Source: Candidatus Oxydemutatoraceae bacterium (GTDB lineage Bacteria; Pseudomonadota; Gammaproteobacteria; Poriferisulfidales; Oxydemutatoraceae). From it: a stretch of DNA of 64,000 bases. The stretch covers positions 1,580,427 to 1,644,426 of the forward strand of contig OZ245335.1 in the NCBI GenBank assembly GCA_965226235.1, read 5' to 3'. Below the pieces are notes generated by a model that worked only from the letters and a program-made list of their open reading frames with translations, was not told the DNA's origin and made no database searches. Every line of letters starts with the position of its first letter. The first letter of the stretch is position 1. The position numbers were made by a program, and so were the translations under genes. Shown here in pieces: positions 20,534-30,806 of the stretch.

Positions 20534-22009
20534 ATGACTACAGATCTGGAAAGACATGTCAATGCAGAGGGACGTAGCGAACTGGTCAAGCAGGTTCGCG
20601 GCATGATCGAGGCCCTGGGGGTCAGATACGTATACTTTCAGTTCGTATCAGTCACCGGTCGTATCGTGGGCAAGGGCATCCCTGCGGATCATTGGGAACG
20701 TCTTGCGGAGAGAGGGTTCCAGCTCGTCTATGGCTCAACGGCCAACCTGTACACCGACCGCCACGGCCACTATATCGGGTATGGCCCGGAAGCATCCGAA
20801 CTGGTGGGGATTCCCGACCCGGAGACCTTCTGCCAGTTGCCGTGGGATAAGCGTCTTGCGCGCGTGTTTTGCACCTGTTTTCGCAACCGCGAAGAAAAAG
20901 AAAACCCTGGAGCACACCTGAGCTCGGACTGCCGCGGCAACCTGCGCATCATCCATGGCGAATTCAAGGCCAGGCACGATGGACTGCACATGCGCATGGG
21001 TACCGAGCCTGAGATGATGTGGCTGAAGAAAGACGAAAGTGGAAATCTCGATGGCGGAGTTACCAAGCCGAACTGCTATCACATTGACCAGTTCGAGGAG
21101 TTGCGTCCAGCTTTCATGAAGGTAATCGAGTATGCCGAGCAAATGGGTTACGACATGATTCAAGGTGACCACGAGGATGCGCCCGGTCAGCTTGAATTGA
21201 ACTGGATGTTCGATGACGTGCTGCGCAACGCGGATCGCCTGACCACCTACAGGCAGATCTGCGCGCAAGTCGCACGCGAACAAAATCTGGTGGCCTGCTT
21301 CATGACAAAGCCGTTCATGGGAGTTTCCGCATCGGGATGCCATCACAACATGTCTTTGTGGAGAGGAGGAAGGTCCGTGGTGAATGATATGCACCAGGAT
21401 CCTATGGGAGGTATGGAGGATGTGTTCAGTTACCTGCAGGATGGTGAAAACACCTTTATGCCCGTCCCCGAAATCGATGAACGCAAACCTGGACCAATCG
21501 GACTTCGGTGCATTGGCGGCGTGAGGGAGCATTTACGGGCGCTGACAGCCATTGGTTCCTGCACCGTGAATTCTTACCGGCGGCTGTGGGATACTGGTTT
21601 CTGGGCGCCTGTTTTCGCAGACTGGGGGTTCCAGAACCGCACTTGCGGTTTGCGCGTTTCCGCTCCGGGGCGGTTCGAATATCGTTCCGTCGATTCCATG
21701 GTTAATCCATATTTAATGGGCGCCGCCTTGCTGAAAGCCTTTGACGATGGCATTATCAGGAACATAGACCCTGGCGAGCCCGAAGAGCGCAATATCTATG
21801 AGGCTATAAAAGAAGGGAAGGGCGTGAAAAAGTTGCCAATGTCCCTGGGTGAAGCCTTGGAGGCGCTGGAACAGGACGAAGTAATCAAGTCGGCCATGCC
21901 CGGTGAAATGTACAAGGTGTTTACTCACTACAAAAATGACGAGTGGGAACGATTCAACCACACGGTTACCAATTGGGACGTAGACACCTATTTGGATTAT
22001 CTGCCGTAA
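20534..22009 (+). CDS. gmaS: glutamine synthetase family protein (type III-like), candidate gamma-glutamylmethylamide synthetase
   Basis: ATG at 20534 with AAGGAG RBS (the tool's ORF begins upstream at 20357). Catalytic-domain motifs (…MGTEPEMMWL…NSYRRL…). Adjacent to mgsABC-like genes. Confidence 0.65.
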   Translation: MTTDLERHVNAEGRSELVKQVRGMIEALGVRYVYFQFVSVTGRIVGKGIPADHWERLAERGFQLVYGSTANLYTDRHGHYIGYGPEASELVGIPDPETFCQLPWDKRLARVFCTCFRNREEKENPGAHLSSDCRGNLRIIHGEFKARHDGLHMRMGTEPEMMWLKKDESGNLDGGVTKPNCYHIDQFEELRPAFMKVIEYAEQMGYDMIQGDHEDAPGQLELNWMFDDVLRNADRLTTYRQICAQVAREQNLVACFMTKPFMGVSASGCHHNMSLWRGGRSVVNDMHQDPMGGMEDVFSYLQDGENTFMPVPEIDERKPGPIGLRCIGGVREHLRALTAIGSCTVNSYRRLWDTGFWAPVFADWGFQNRTCGLRVSAPGRFEYRSVDSMVNPYLMGAALLKAFDDGIIRNIDPGEPEERNIYEAIKEGKGVKKLPMSLGEALEALEQDEVIKSAMPGEMYKVFTHYKNDEWERFNHTVTNWDVDTYLDYLP

Positions 22010-22032
22010 GGTATAACAGGAGGATCAGTTTA

Positions 22033-22971
22033 ATGTGTGGAATTGCCGGAGTGATACATAGAGGCTCGCCTGCCAACATTGGGCAGAAGATGACCTCCAT
22101 GTTGCATGCCTTAAAACACCGCGGCCCTGACTCGGCGGGTTTTGCGCTGTATGGAAACGGCGAGCAGAAAAGCAGGAACATCATGCGCTTCAAGGCTGCG
22201 GAGCGCGATGAACTGAAATCCGGTTTCAATATCCATCATCTGATCGAAGAACGCAAGACCGCAGTCGAAACACGCCTGCGGGAACTTGGTGCCGAGATTA
22301 GATCGATGGATCAGGCAACCGAGTACGCCTACCGGTGCGTGTTCGGTTACGAAGGCGACATGCGCAAGCTGGCCGATTACATTGAAGATGTCGAAGGGAT
22401 TGAAATTCTTTCACTCGGCAATTCACTCGAGCTTATCAAGGATCTGGGCAATGCCCGGGAAGTGGCGTCAGAATACAACCTGGATTCGTTTCAAGGCACT
22501 CACGCGATCGGGCATACGCGGATGGCTACGGAATCGGATGTTGATATTCGCTCGGCGCATCCGTATTGGGCCTATCCATATAACGATATTGCAGTCGTAC
22601 ACAACGGCCAACTGACCAACTACTGGAATTCACGGCGCGCGCTGGAGCACAAGGGGCATCGCTTCAAGTCGAACTGCGACTCCGAGTTAATCGCCGTTTA
22701 CATTGCGGACAAACTCGAGGATGGCACCTCTCTGAAGGATACTATGCACAATTCCGTGGAAGAGTTCGATGGCGTTTTCACCTACCTGGTGGCAACGCAC
22801 GATTCCCTGGGGATGGCCAAAGACACCATGGCCGCAAAGCCCTTGGTACTGTATGAGAGCGATGATTATATTGCGATGGCATCCGAGGAAGTGGCCATTC
22901 GCAGTATTTTCCCGCACGAGATCGACACGACGGACCCCTACGAGGGCGAGGTGCGCGTATGGCACAGCTAA
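22033..22971 (+). CDS. mgsA: class-II glutamine amidotransferase domain protein (glutamate synthase N-terminal domain-like), mgsA-like
   Basis: Starts MCGIAGV… (Ntn Cys1 after Met) with AGGAGG RBS. About 313 aa. Confidence 0.7.
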   Translation: MCGIAGVIHRGSPANIGQKMTSMLHALKHRGPDSAGFALYGNGEQKSRNIMRFKAAERDELKSGFNIHHLIEERKTAVETRLRELGAEIRSMDQATEYAYRCVFGYEGDMRKLADYIEDVEGIEILSLGNSLELIKDLGNAREVASEYNLDSFQGTHAIGHTRMATESDVDIRSAHPYWAYPYNDIAVVHNGQLTNYWNSRRALEHKGHRFKSNCDSELIAVYIADKLEDGTSLKDTMHNSVEEFDGVFTYLVATHDSLGMAKDTMAAKPLVLYESDDYIAMASEEVAIRSIFPHEIDTTDPYEGEVRVWHS

Positions 22972-23798
22972 AACAGTCCTCCCATGAAATGGGCATGCAC
23001 ACCGAGCAGCTTGCCGGACGCAGTCGACGGATATTTTTCTCTCCCACGGAAGAAGAAAACTTTACGAATCCAACTGCCTGCGAGGTGGATTTTGACCGAA
23101 AAACCGAGTTTGATGTTGCCAACATGGAGATCTCTGCCATCAATATCAAGATCAGGGAACTTATGCAGGAGGGATACGGCACGATCACGGTCAAAAATCC
23201 TGGCGCAAAACACTCTCTTGCCGTGGGAATTCTCAACCGCCTGAACTTGGTTTTCGAGGGCAGCCTCGGTTATTTCGGGTGCGGGCTGATCGATGGCCCC
23301 AACGTACATGTCAAAGGTCGTGTCGGATGGTCCTGCGCGGAGAACATGATGTCGGGAACGGTCGTGATTGAAAAAAACGCGGGCTCGACCTTTGGAGCCG
23401 CGCTCCGAGGCGGAGACCTGGTATGCAGAGGCGATGTTGGTAGCCGCACGGGGATCAACCAGAAAGGTGGCACTATCATCGTGGGTGGAAACGTTGGTAT
23501 GAACACGGGATTCATGATGCAACGCGGTCGCATGATATTGCTTGGCGACTCAGGCCCCAACCTGGGCGACTCGATGTACGACGGCATGATTTTCATCGCC
23601 GGAACAATCCAGAGCCTTGGTATCGACGCGGTGGAAGGGGAATTAACGGAAACCGACAAGCAATGGCTCACCAACAAGCTTTCGATCTACGGCATGGAAG
23701 TGCCACGTAGCGTGGAAAATCTCACCAAGATCGTATCCGGGAAACAGCTCTGGAATTATGATAATCTCGAGCCAACCGAGAAAAAGCTGATCCTTTAA
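22959..23798 (+). CDS. mgsB: GXGXG-domain protein (glutamate synthase alpha-subunit C-terminal domain-like), mgsB-like
   Basis: Repeated G-x-G-x-G beta-helix motifs (…KGRVGWSCAENMMSGTVVIEKNAG…RGDVGSRTGINQKGGTIIVGGNVG…). 13-nt overlap with the upstream gene. Confidence 0.7.
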   Translation: MAQLKQSSHEMGMHTEQLAGRSRRIFFSPTEEENFTNPTACEVDFDRKTEFDVANMEISAINIKIRELMQEGYGTITVKNPGAKHSLAVGILNRLNLVFEGSLGYFGCGLIDGPNVHVKGRVGWSCAENMMSGTVVIEKNAGSTFGAALRGGDLVCRGDVGSRTGINQKGGTIIVGGNVGMNTGFMMQRGRMILLGDSGPNLGDSMYDGMIFIAGTIQSLGIDAVEGELTETDKQWLTNKLSIYGMEVPRSVENLTKIVSGKQLWNYDNLEPTEKKLIL

Positions 23799-23820
23799 TT
23801 GAATACACGAAGAGGTTCCC

Positions 23821-25212
23821 ATGGCTACACCAGATAAACAGATCGAGCTTCCAAAAGTACTGGCCGAGACAGAACCCGAGCTCGAGAGGAACCATCATAA
23901 CTTGGGATCGAGCTTTATGTTTACGCCGGATGTCATTAATGACATTCACATTAAAGCCGAGCTTGGACGTTATCGCATGCGCGGATTTTCGCTGTTCAAG
24001 AAAATTCCGACATGGGATGATCTGACATTCCTGCCGGGCACGCTTACCCGGTTCGTGATTGAGGGCTACCGGGAAAAATGCCTGACCAAAACAGTCATCG
24101 GACCGCGCGCCAAACGGCCACTGGAGCTGGATATCCCGGTTTATATCACCGGCATGAGCTTCGGCGCGCTTAGCTACGAGGCGAAAACGGCGCTGGCGCG
24201 TGGCGCGACCATGGCAGGCTCGGCAACCTGTTCAGGCGAAGGCGGCATGATTCCAGACGAGCGCAGATATTCAGAGAAATGGTACTATCAGTGCATTCAA
24301 TCGCGTTACGGATTCAATCCGCATCATCTGCGACTGGCCGACGCAGTAGAGTTCTTTATCGGCCAAGGATGCAAGGTTGGTATGGGAGGTCACCTGATGG
24401 GGCAAAAGGTGACCGATCAGGTCGCCGAGATGCGTTCATTGCCGGCGGGCATTGATCAGCGTTCCCCGGCCCGGCATCCGGACTGGCTCGGCCCGGATGA
24501 TCTGGCATTGAAAATTCAGGAAATTCGAGAGGCCACCAACTGGGAAATACCGATCCAGTTGAAACTGGGGGCCGCGCGTGTCTATGATGACGTGCGCATG
24601 GCCGTTAAAACAGACCCGGACTCCATCTATATAGACGGGATGGAAGGTGGTACCGGTGCCGGCCCGCACCTGGCGACGGAAGATACGGGAGTTCCCGGGA
24701 TTGCCGCAATCCGTCAGGCACGGAAGGCAATTGATGATTTGGGCAAAACCGGGGAAATCTCACTGGTATACGCCGGAGGCATTCGTAACGGCAGCGATGT
24801 CGCAAAAGCGCTGGCTCTGGGCGCGGACGCCATTGCGATCGGACACGCTTCCCTGATCGCGCTGAACTGCAACAAGGATATTCCGGAAGCAGACTTCCCC
24901 CGCGAAGTGGGTGTGCGCCCCGGGCATTGCTATCACTGCCACACAGGCCGCTGCCCGGTAGGCGTCGCAACTCAGGACCCCGAACTGCGTAAGCGACTGA
25001 ATCCCGACGAAGCAGCCGAGCGCGTGTATAACTTCCTGCACACCCTGACGATTGAAGCTCAGTTGTTTGCACGGGCCTGTGCGAAGACAAACATACATTC
25101 GCTGGAACCCGAAGACCTGGCCGCCCTGACGATGGAAGCTTCCGCAATGGCACAGGTGCCCCTGGCAGGAACACAGCACACCGTTGGGCGCCCGGACATG
25201 ACGAGATACTGA
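23821..25212 (+). CDS. mgsC: glutamate synthase FMN-binding domain protein (GltB central domain-like), mgsC-like
   Basis: 463 aa TIM-barrel FMN domain (…YITGMSFGALS…IDGMEGGTGAGP…YAGGIRNGSDVAKALALGADAIAIG) with 4-Cys cluster CYHCHTGRCPVG. Confidence 0.7.
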   Translation: MATPDKQIELPKVLAETEPELERNHHNLGSSFMFTPDVINDIHIKAELGRYRMRGFSLFKKIPTWDDLTFLPGTLTRFVIEGYREKCLTKTVIGPRAKRPLELDIPVYITGMSFGALSYEAKTALARGATMAGSATCSGEGGMIPDERRYSEKWYYQCIQSRYGFNPHHLRLADAVEFFIGQGCKVGMGGHLMGQKVTDQVAEMRSLPAGIDQRSPARHPDWLGPDDLALKIQEIREATNWEIPIQLKLGAARVYDDVRMAVKTDPDSIYIDGMEGGTGAGPHLATEDTGVPGIAAIRQARKAIDDLGKTGEISLVYAGGIRNGSDVAKALALGADAIAIGHASLIALNCNKDIPEADFPREVGVRPGHCYHCHTGRCPVGVATQDPELRKRLNPDEAAERVYNFLHTLTIEAQLFARACAKTNIHSLEPEDLAALTMEASAMAQVPLAGTQHTVGRPDMTRY

Positions 25213-25235
25213 AACAAACGGATTAAGGAGAAAAG

Positions 25236-25625
25236 ATGAGCAAACAAAACGATATCGACCATTTCCTGAAAGCCGATGGCTTAGACAGTGAACGCGAGAA
25301 AATGATCGGGCAGCATATCGGCTACCGGTATGATTCCAACCTTGTTCCGGATTTGAGTCGCGTCACACCGTTCCTTGAAAAATACATGAAGGTCATGGGC
25401 TGGAAAGACCTGAACTGGCTCGAAGACACCCACATGGGTTATGAAGATCAGTATCCGGCGGTTTTTGATCGCAACATCAATGGCTGGGTCAAGATTCCGG
25501 AAAATATCGTGCTGCCCGATAACCAGCAAGACCGCGACATGCTCGCACGAGAGTTATTGGTCAAGTTCCAGATGTCTTCCAGTCACCCGCTGGTCGATTT
25601 GAGGAAAGCGTACGCCAAGTTTTAG
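25236..25625 (+). CDS. hypothetical protein (129 aa) conserved position between mgsC and amt
   Basis: ORF with AGGAG RBS and a 23-nt spacer after mgsC. No recognisable motif. Confidence 0.45.
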   Translation: MSKQNDIDHFLKADGLDSEREKMIGQHIGYRYDSNLVPDLSRVTPFLEKYMKVMGWKDLNWLEDTHMGYEDQYPAVFDRNINGWVKIPENIVLPDNQQDRDMLARELLVKFQMSSSHPLVDLRKAYAKF

Positions 25626-25824
25626 GTGCATGCGAGATGGTCCGGAAAGTTTGCATTGAAGATTCATCACATGCTTTGCCCCACCGGAACAAGGGGGCAG
25701 TGTTTTCCAATCTGGAATGCTTTCGCGACAACCAGCGGAGGGAAGCGCGAAGCACCAGGGAGAAGGAGAAACCAATGGCCTCATGGCCCACAACAAGAAC
25801 CCGCAACACAATAGGAAATCAACA

Positions 25825-27225
25825 ATGATCGATCAACTAAACTCGCTGACTGTCGTCTTTACCGAATTCTACTACTGGATAACGGTGGTATTCATGTTTT
25901 TAATCCACGTGGGATTCTGCATGTATGAGGTGGGCGCTTCGAGACATAAGAACCATTTGCACACCTTGATGAAAAACATCATGATTATCCCCTTGGTCAC
26001 GATCACGTTCTTTTTCTTTGGCTGGTGGATTTATTTTGCGTTCCCGTACGGACCAGGAATCATGGGGGGCATTCAAAGTGCGGCACATGCTACTCCTTGG
26101 AGCGAGCTAATGGGCCCACACATGGGTGGTCCTCCCGCACAGGAAGCACTGAGCGCCGGCGACACCGCATACTGGGCACACCTGAACGGCGTTTTCTGGG
26201 CTGCGTTCCTGCTATTCTCCTGGACCGCAGCATCCATTGTATCCGGCTCTGTAATCGAGCGAATAAAATCAAGTGGATTCTGGATCCTGGCGGTGCTGAT
26301 AGGCTCCTTTCTGTGGATTGTCGACGCAGCCTGGGGCTGGCACTGGGACGGGTGGATGGTACACAAGCTGGGCTACCATGATGCCTATGCGTCTGGCGTA
26401 ATTCATGCCATCGCGGGCGGCTTCGCCCTGGGCGTGCTACTGATCCTGGGTCCCCGGATAGGAAAATTTCGCAAGGACGGGTCTGCGCGCAAGATCCTTC
26501 CGCACAACCCGTGGCTGGTGTGCATAGGGATCTTTTTGATCTACACGGGCTTCTGGGGATTTTACGCAGCGTGTAACGTGCCGATCATTGATTTCTTTGG
26601 CAGTGACATGCTGGATGTGGAAGACAAAACCCTGTTTACCGCAACCAACATCTATCTGGGGCCGACCACACTGTCTGCGATCACCGTTAACTTCCTGATC
26701 TCCCTGTCAGGCGGCCTGCTGGCTGGATACGTTGTTTCCAAGGGCGATCCATTCTGGACATTTTCCGGAGGGCTTGCGGGGCTCATTGCAGCTTCAGCTG
26801 GAAACGACCTGTATCATCCCCTCCAGGCATTTATCATCTCCATTGTCGGCGTGTTCATTGCGTACAACATGCACCATTGGGTAGAACGCACCTTCAAGGT
26901 CGACGACGCAGTGGGCGCCGTCGCGGTTCACGGATATGCCGGGTTCTTCGGTGTGGTGATATGCGGATTCGTGCTGTGGGGTTACCCGGCTTCCCCTTTT
27001 GAAGGATACGCGACCATTACACCCTGGGGGCAATTCGCAGGCGCGCTCATCATGTTCTTCGTGCTGGGATTTTTTCCTGGTCTGGTCGCAGCTAAAATCC
27101 TGGATAGAGTAGGGTTGTTGCGTGTTCCCAGGGAAGTCGAGTTGAGCGGCCTTGATATCACTGCAAGCGTAGAAGCCGAAGAGGCTGAGGCGGACCTCGA
27201 GAACGCGCTGGAGGCAAAAACATAG
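25825..27225 (+). CDS. amt: Amt/MEP-family ammonium/methylammonium transporter (466 aa from ATG 25825)
   Basis: 11-TM Amt-like sequence (…HAIAGGFALGVLLILGPRIGKF…VHGYAGFFGVV…). The tool's ORF starts upstream in a non-membrane leader. Confidence 0.7.
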   Translation: MIDQLNSLTVVFTEFYYWITVVFMFLIHVGFCMYEVGASRHKNHLHTLMKNIMIIPLVTITFFFFGWWIYFAFPYGPGIMGGIQSAAHATPWSELMGPHMGGPPAQEALSAGDTAYWAHLNGVFWAAFLLFSWTAASIVSGSVIERIKSSGFWILAVLIGSFLWIVDAAWGWHWDGWMVHKLGYHDAYASGVIHAIAGGFALGVLLILGPRIGKFRKDGSARKILPHNPWLVCIGIFLIYTGFWGFYAACNVPIIDFFGSDMLDVEDKTLFTATNIYLGPTTLSAITVNFLISLSGGLLAGYVVSKGDPFWTFSGGLAGLIAASAGNDLYHPLQAFIISIVGVFIAYNMHHWVERTFKVDDAVGAVAVHGYAGFFGVVICGFVLWGYPASPFEGYATITPWGQFAGALIMFFVLGFFPGLVAAKILDRVGLLRVPREVELSGLDITASVEAEEAEADLENALEAKT

Positions 27226-27274
27226 TGTTGCAACGGCGATACAGACAGTTAAAATCACTAATAGGAACAAGCAT

Positions 27275-27493
27275 ATGTCAACACACGTAGAAAGCTTTGC
27301 AAACCTAGATCAAATAGGCCGCATCTATCCAATGGGAGGCAGTGAAGGTCTACTGGTTGTAATCGGTGTCGCGATCTGGATTATCTGGCATATCTGGCAG
27401 ACCCGCATCGAAAACAACGAACATCGAAAAAGCATCGAAAATGCCAAAAACTGGCTTCCGGTGCGGGAGAAGTCGGCCTTGAAGAGAGACTGA
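27275..27493 (+). CDS. small membrane protein (72 aa), hypothetical
   Basis: One hydrophobic helix (LLVVIGVAIWIIWHIW). Placed 50 nt after amt. Confidence 0.3.
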   Translation: MSTHVESFANLDQIGRIYPMGGSEGLLVVIGVAIWIIWHIWQTRIENNEHRKSIENAKNWLPVREKSALKRD

Positions 27494-27867
27494 ACCGAAA
27501 CAGAAAAAGCTTCGTGCCGAAGCAAAAGCGATTACCGGGGCTCAGGCCACCACGGTAACCGGTAGAGGCTGGGGGAGGGCAACCTCCCATGTGAAGCAAT
27601 TACGTGAACCGGGACCGGGTACGCGAAAGCGAAGAAGCTACCGGCAGAAAGCCCGTTTAGTCAAGCCACGCTGAAAGAGGTAGCACCGGGAGAGCAGGGT
27701 AGCGGATATATTGATGCGCCGTACCCACCCCGGCTGTATAGGATCCGCATCTCACACCCCCAGAGGGAAACATCTCCTCGTGGATTCCGTGCCCCACAGC
27801 CTTCAAGGCTTCCATTGCTTGTTCTTGTCAATCAGGCGGGTATCGGTATTGCACACGATGGGCAACT

Positions 27868-28860
27868 GTATGAGTTCAGAAACATATGGGACAACTGGGC
27901 TGATCTGAAAAGGAAGCCGACATGCTGATGCAGCACATCGGCTTGCGCGTCCGAGGTTTCTATAAAATCGCCCGTTTATCTGACAAATGGGAGGCGATGA
28001 TGGGAACCAATTCCCAACAGAAACCGGAGGCGCCAACATTCCGGAACAATCACGGATTGAATGCCCCCACGGGATGCTTTCAAGGTCGGTCGCTCGACGC
28101 TGTATCGCTGGCGCAAAGCTCACCACGAAGGCGGGTTGAGTAGGCTGCATGCTCGCAGCAGAGCTCCGCACCAGCGCGCGCCCGCCGACGCAACTGGCCA
28201 CCGGCGCTGTGTGCTGAAATACGCGAGTGTGCGAAATACGCCGGCTACGTAACGTTTTTCCGAACCTGGGCAAGGATAAGCTGTAGGTGCTGTTGGTGCA
28301 TTGGTGTGCGCGCCAGGGGCTTGGCCTGTCTCGGTGCGAGCACCATCCGGGCGCTTAATCGCAGATACACCGGACAAGATGCGTCTTGTGCCGACGAGTT
28401 TGACGCCGAAAGGCAAGGCCAAACCGTTGTGCAGCCAACGTTTCAAACAACGGCTGGGCAAAGGCTTCTGCGCGGATTAGCCAGGTCACTGCGTCGCATT
28501 CGACACGGTAGTGCGCTTTATCGGGCGCACCCGCCGCTATCTGCTCACGGCCACCGACCACGCCAGCCGCTTTGCCTTGGCGATCGCGGTGCAACGCCAT
28601 GACAGCCAGCATGCCGCACGCTTCACGGCGTTGGTCAAAACTCTGTTTCCGGGGCGCATACCTCAGATACTTACCGATAACGGCAACGAGTTTCAGGGGG
28701 CCTTCGCAGACTATGCCTGGGCGCAGGGCATATCGCCACTGCCACACCTACCTGAGAAACCCGAAAATGAACGCTTTTAACGAGCAGTTTTAACTGCACT
28801 GTGCAGGAAGACTTTGTGGATATATGAAGAAGACCTTCTGGCCGAGGATCTACGGTCGTT
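27868..28860 (+). pseudogene. IS481-family copy, degenerate (multiple frameshifts/stops); left end carries a ~105-bp insertion
   Basis: Collinear with the complete copy (…MMGTNSQQKPEAPTF…STLYRWRKAHHEGGLSRLH…LLTATDHASRFALAIAV…) but in broken frames. Left end TGTATGAGTTCAGAAACATATGGGAC + extra 105 bp. Confidence 0.65.
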
Positions 28861-29034
28861 CAACCAAGCACCTGCCGGGCTACCTCACCAAGGACTAAAT
28901 AACCGAACACCCTGCCAGATGCTTGCTCAATGAATCCAGGTAAGAATTAATAATTCCATATCTTTCAAACAGCTGCAACGGCTACCTCGTTCGAATTAAA
29001 TGATCGTGTCATGGACGCGCCATACAATAAGGTT

Positions 29035-30144
29035 TCAACCGAGCACGGACCTCTTCTGTTTGGTCGGGTCAAGGAAGGGAATCTCTGCGGTAGTGGCCGT
29101 GCACGATACGTTCTCGCCTTTGATTTCCAGCTTGATTCCAGCTTGGGCGAGGTCAGGGCGAAGTTGAGCCATTGCGAGTGATTTATTCAAAACGGGCGAA
29201 AACACCGGAGCCGTGATCACGCCGACTTTCTCTCCACCCTGCAAAACATCCGCATCAGCGTCCACTGCCTCGTCACAATCGGCAATGACACCAAATGTCC
29301 TGATTTTCTCTTTGCCTTTGGATTGCATCACGGCTTCCTTACCTCGATAGCTGGCCGCTTTCTTCTTGCTCACCGCGAATCCCAGTCCGACTTCCCAGGG
29401 CGTGTTGTCTTCCATCATGTCGTATGGGTAAAACAACAGGCCCGCTTCGACCCGAATAGCGTCGATGCAGTTAAATGAGCAAGGGATGATACCAACCGCC
29501 TTACCCTCTTCGAGAATGGCATCCCATATTGGGACGACATCGTCGGCCTTCGCAAAAATTTCATAGCCACGCTCGCCGGAGTAGCCCGTACGTGAAATCA
29601 GGCACTGACGACCGAACAAAACAGCGGGTATCTGATGAAAATACCTCAGGTTCGGTATGTCGGCAGTTGTGTGCTGGCTAAGAAACCTGACCGATTTGGG
29701 ACCCTGTAGCGAGATATCATGCAGATCGTCATCGAAGATGATCGTGACTTCCTTGCCTTCTGCCGTTTTTTGCAACTGTTTCATACCCGTACCGCCTCCA
29801 TGCACCATCATCACGTGATTGGGAGACATATGAAACATGATGCAATCATCGGTAATACGCCCCTCCGCATTCAGAATAATGGCGTATGTCGATCTGCCGG
29901 GGTACACGGCCGACATGTCACGCGTACACACGTGATCGACAACCGCAAGCGCGTCGCTCCCCACGATATGGACCTTTTTCAGACCCGAGACATCGAACAA
30001 ACCCGCGGCGTTGCGTACAGCGAGGTGTTCACCCCGCACATCCTGGTCGTACTCCCACGGTACATCCATGCCGTTCCAATCGCCAAGCTCCGAGCCCAGC
30101 GCACAGTGGCGGGATTCCAATGCTGAATGTCTTGTAACTGCCAT
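29035..30144 (-). CDS. aminomethyltransferase (GcvT/glycine-cleavage T-protein) family, folate-binding
   Basis: 369 aa: …AAGLFDVSGLKKVHIVGSDAL… GcvT-like N-terminal signature. GGAGG RBS. Monocistronic, divergent from the HAD gene. Confidence 0.6.
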   Translation of the reverse strand: MAVTRHSALESRHCALGSELGDWNGMDVPWEYDQDVRGEHLAVRNAAGLFDVSGLKKVHIVGSDALAVVDHVCTRDMSAVYPGRSTYAIILNAEGRITDDCIMFHMSPNHVMMVHGGGTGMKQLQKTAEGKEVTIIFDDDLHDISLQGPKSVRFLSQHTTADIPNLRYFHQIPAVLFGRQCLISRTGYSGERGYEIFAKADDVVPIWDAILEEGKAVGIIPCSFNCIDAIRVEAGLLFYPYDMMEDNTPWEVGLGFAVSKKKAASYRGKEAVMQSKGKEKIRTFGVIADCDEAVDADADVLQGGEKVGVITAPVFSPVLNKSLAMAQLRPDLAQAGIKLEIKGENVSCTATTAEIPFLDPTKQKRSVLG

Positions 30145-30806
30145 CTTGTTCCTCCTGGAAAATACTACGCATCTATGGATGGAGTGTTACCTGTTTTGCT
30201 GCTGAAAACAAATCCGAACGACTCTCTCGATCGATATCTGCTCATTACCGGAAAAGTTGCGAGCCTGATGTAATTCTAATCGATTAGCCGGGAAGTACCG
30301 CATTTTCCTCACAACGCTCCTCAACCGCACGTCATGAAACGAAGCCGCTCCAGGCGCAAAATAACCCGCCCCGGGAATCCGGGCGGGGAAAATCATAAAG
30401 AGCCGGGTGAAACAGTTAGCCAGGAAATTTCACCGATGGGGTAGAAAGAGGCTGCCTCTTATGGCATAACAGTTGTTTAAACAAGCAGTTAGGTCAACCG
30501 ACCAAGGAGGCAACCTTGAAGGCACAGTGTACTTTCACCGCTGGGCAGACGATCCGTGACAGGTCGATTCGATGGCGGCCGGATCAGTTCGGACGGAGGT
30601 AGACGGGGGGAGTACCGTTGCGCGAGGTCGACAGGCGCATCGGCCTGACGGCACGGGCGATCGCGACACCAGATGCCCGGATACCGGCTACAGACACGTA
30701 ATCAGCTGTGTTCAACGGGAAACTGCATCGCAATCATGAATCGGTGACGGATGCGGGTTAGAATCAAGCTTGGTTCAATCGGATGGCTGCACTGATATAT
30801 GCCATG

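Noticed and set aside
20735-21532. 265-aa minus-strand ORF inside the GS-like gene; also 56407-57231(-) inside the nucleosidase gene and 60535-61992(-) inside aspS
   Set aside because: Antisense to genes with strong family signatures; no RBS or motif support.
30330-30390. GC-rich hairpin acccgccccgggaatccgggcgggg in the gcvT-like/HAD divergent region as a terminator
   Set aside because: Imperfect stem, A-tract rather than U-tract on the plus strand, and no upstream gene to terminate on the minus strand. More likely a regulatory palindrome or chance.
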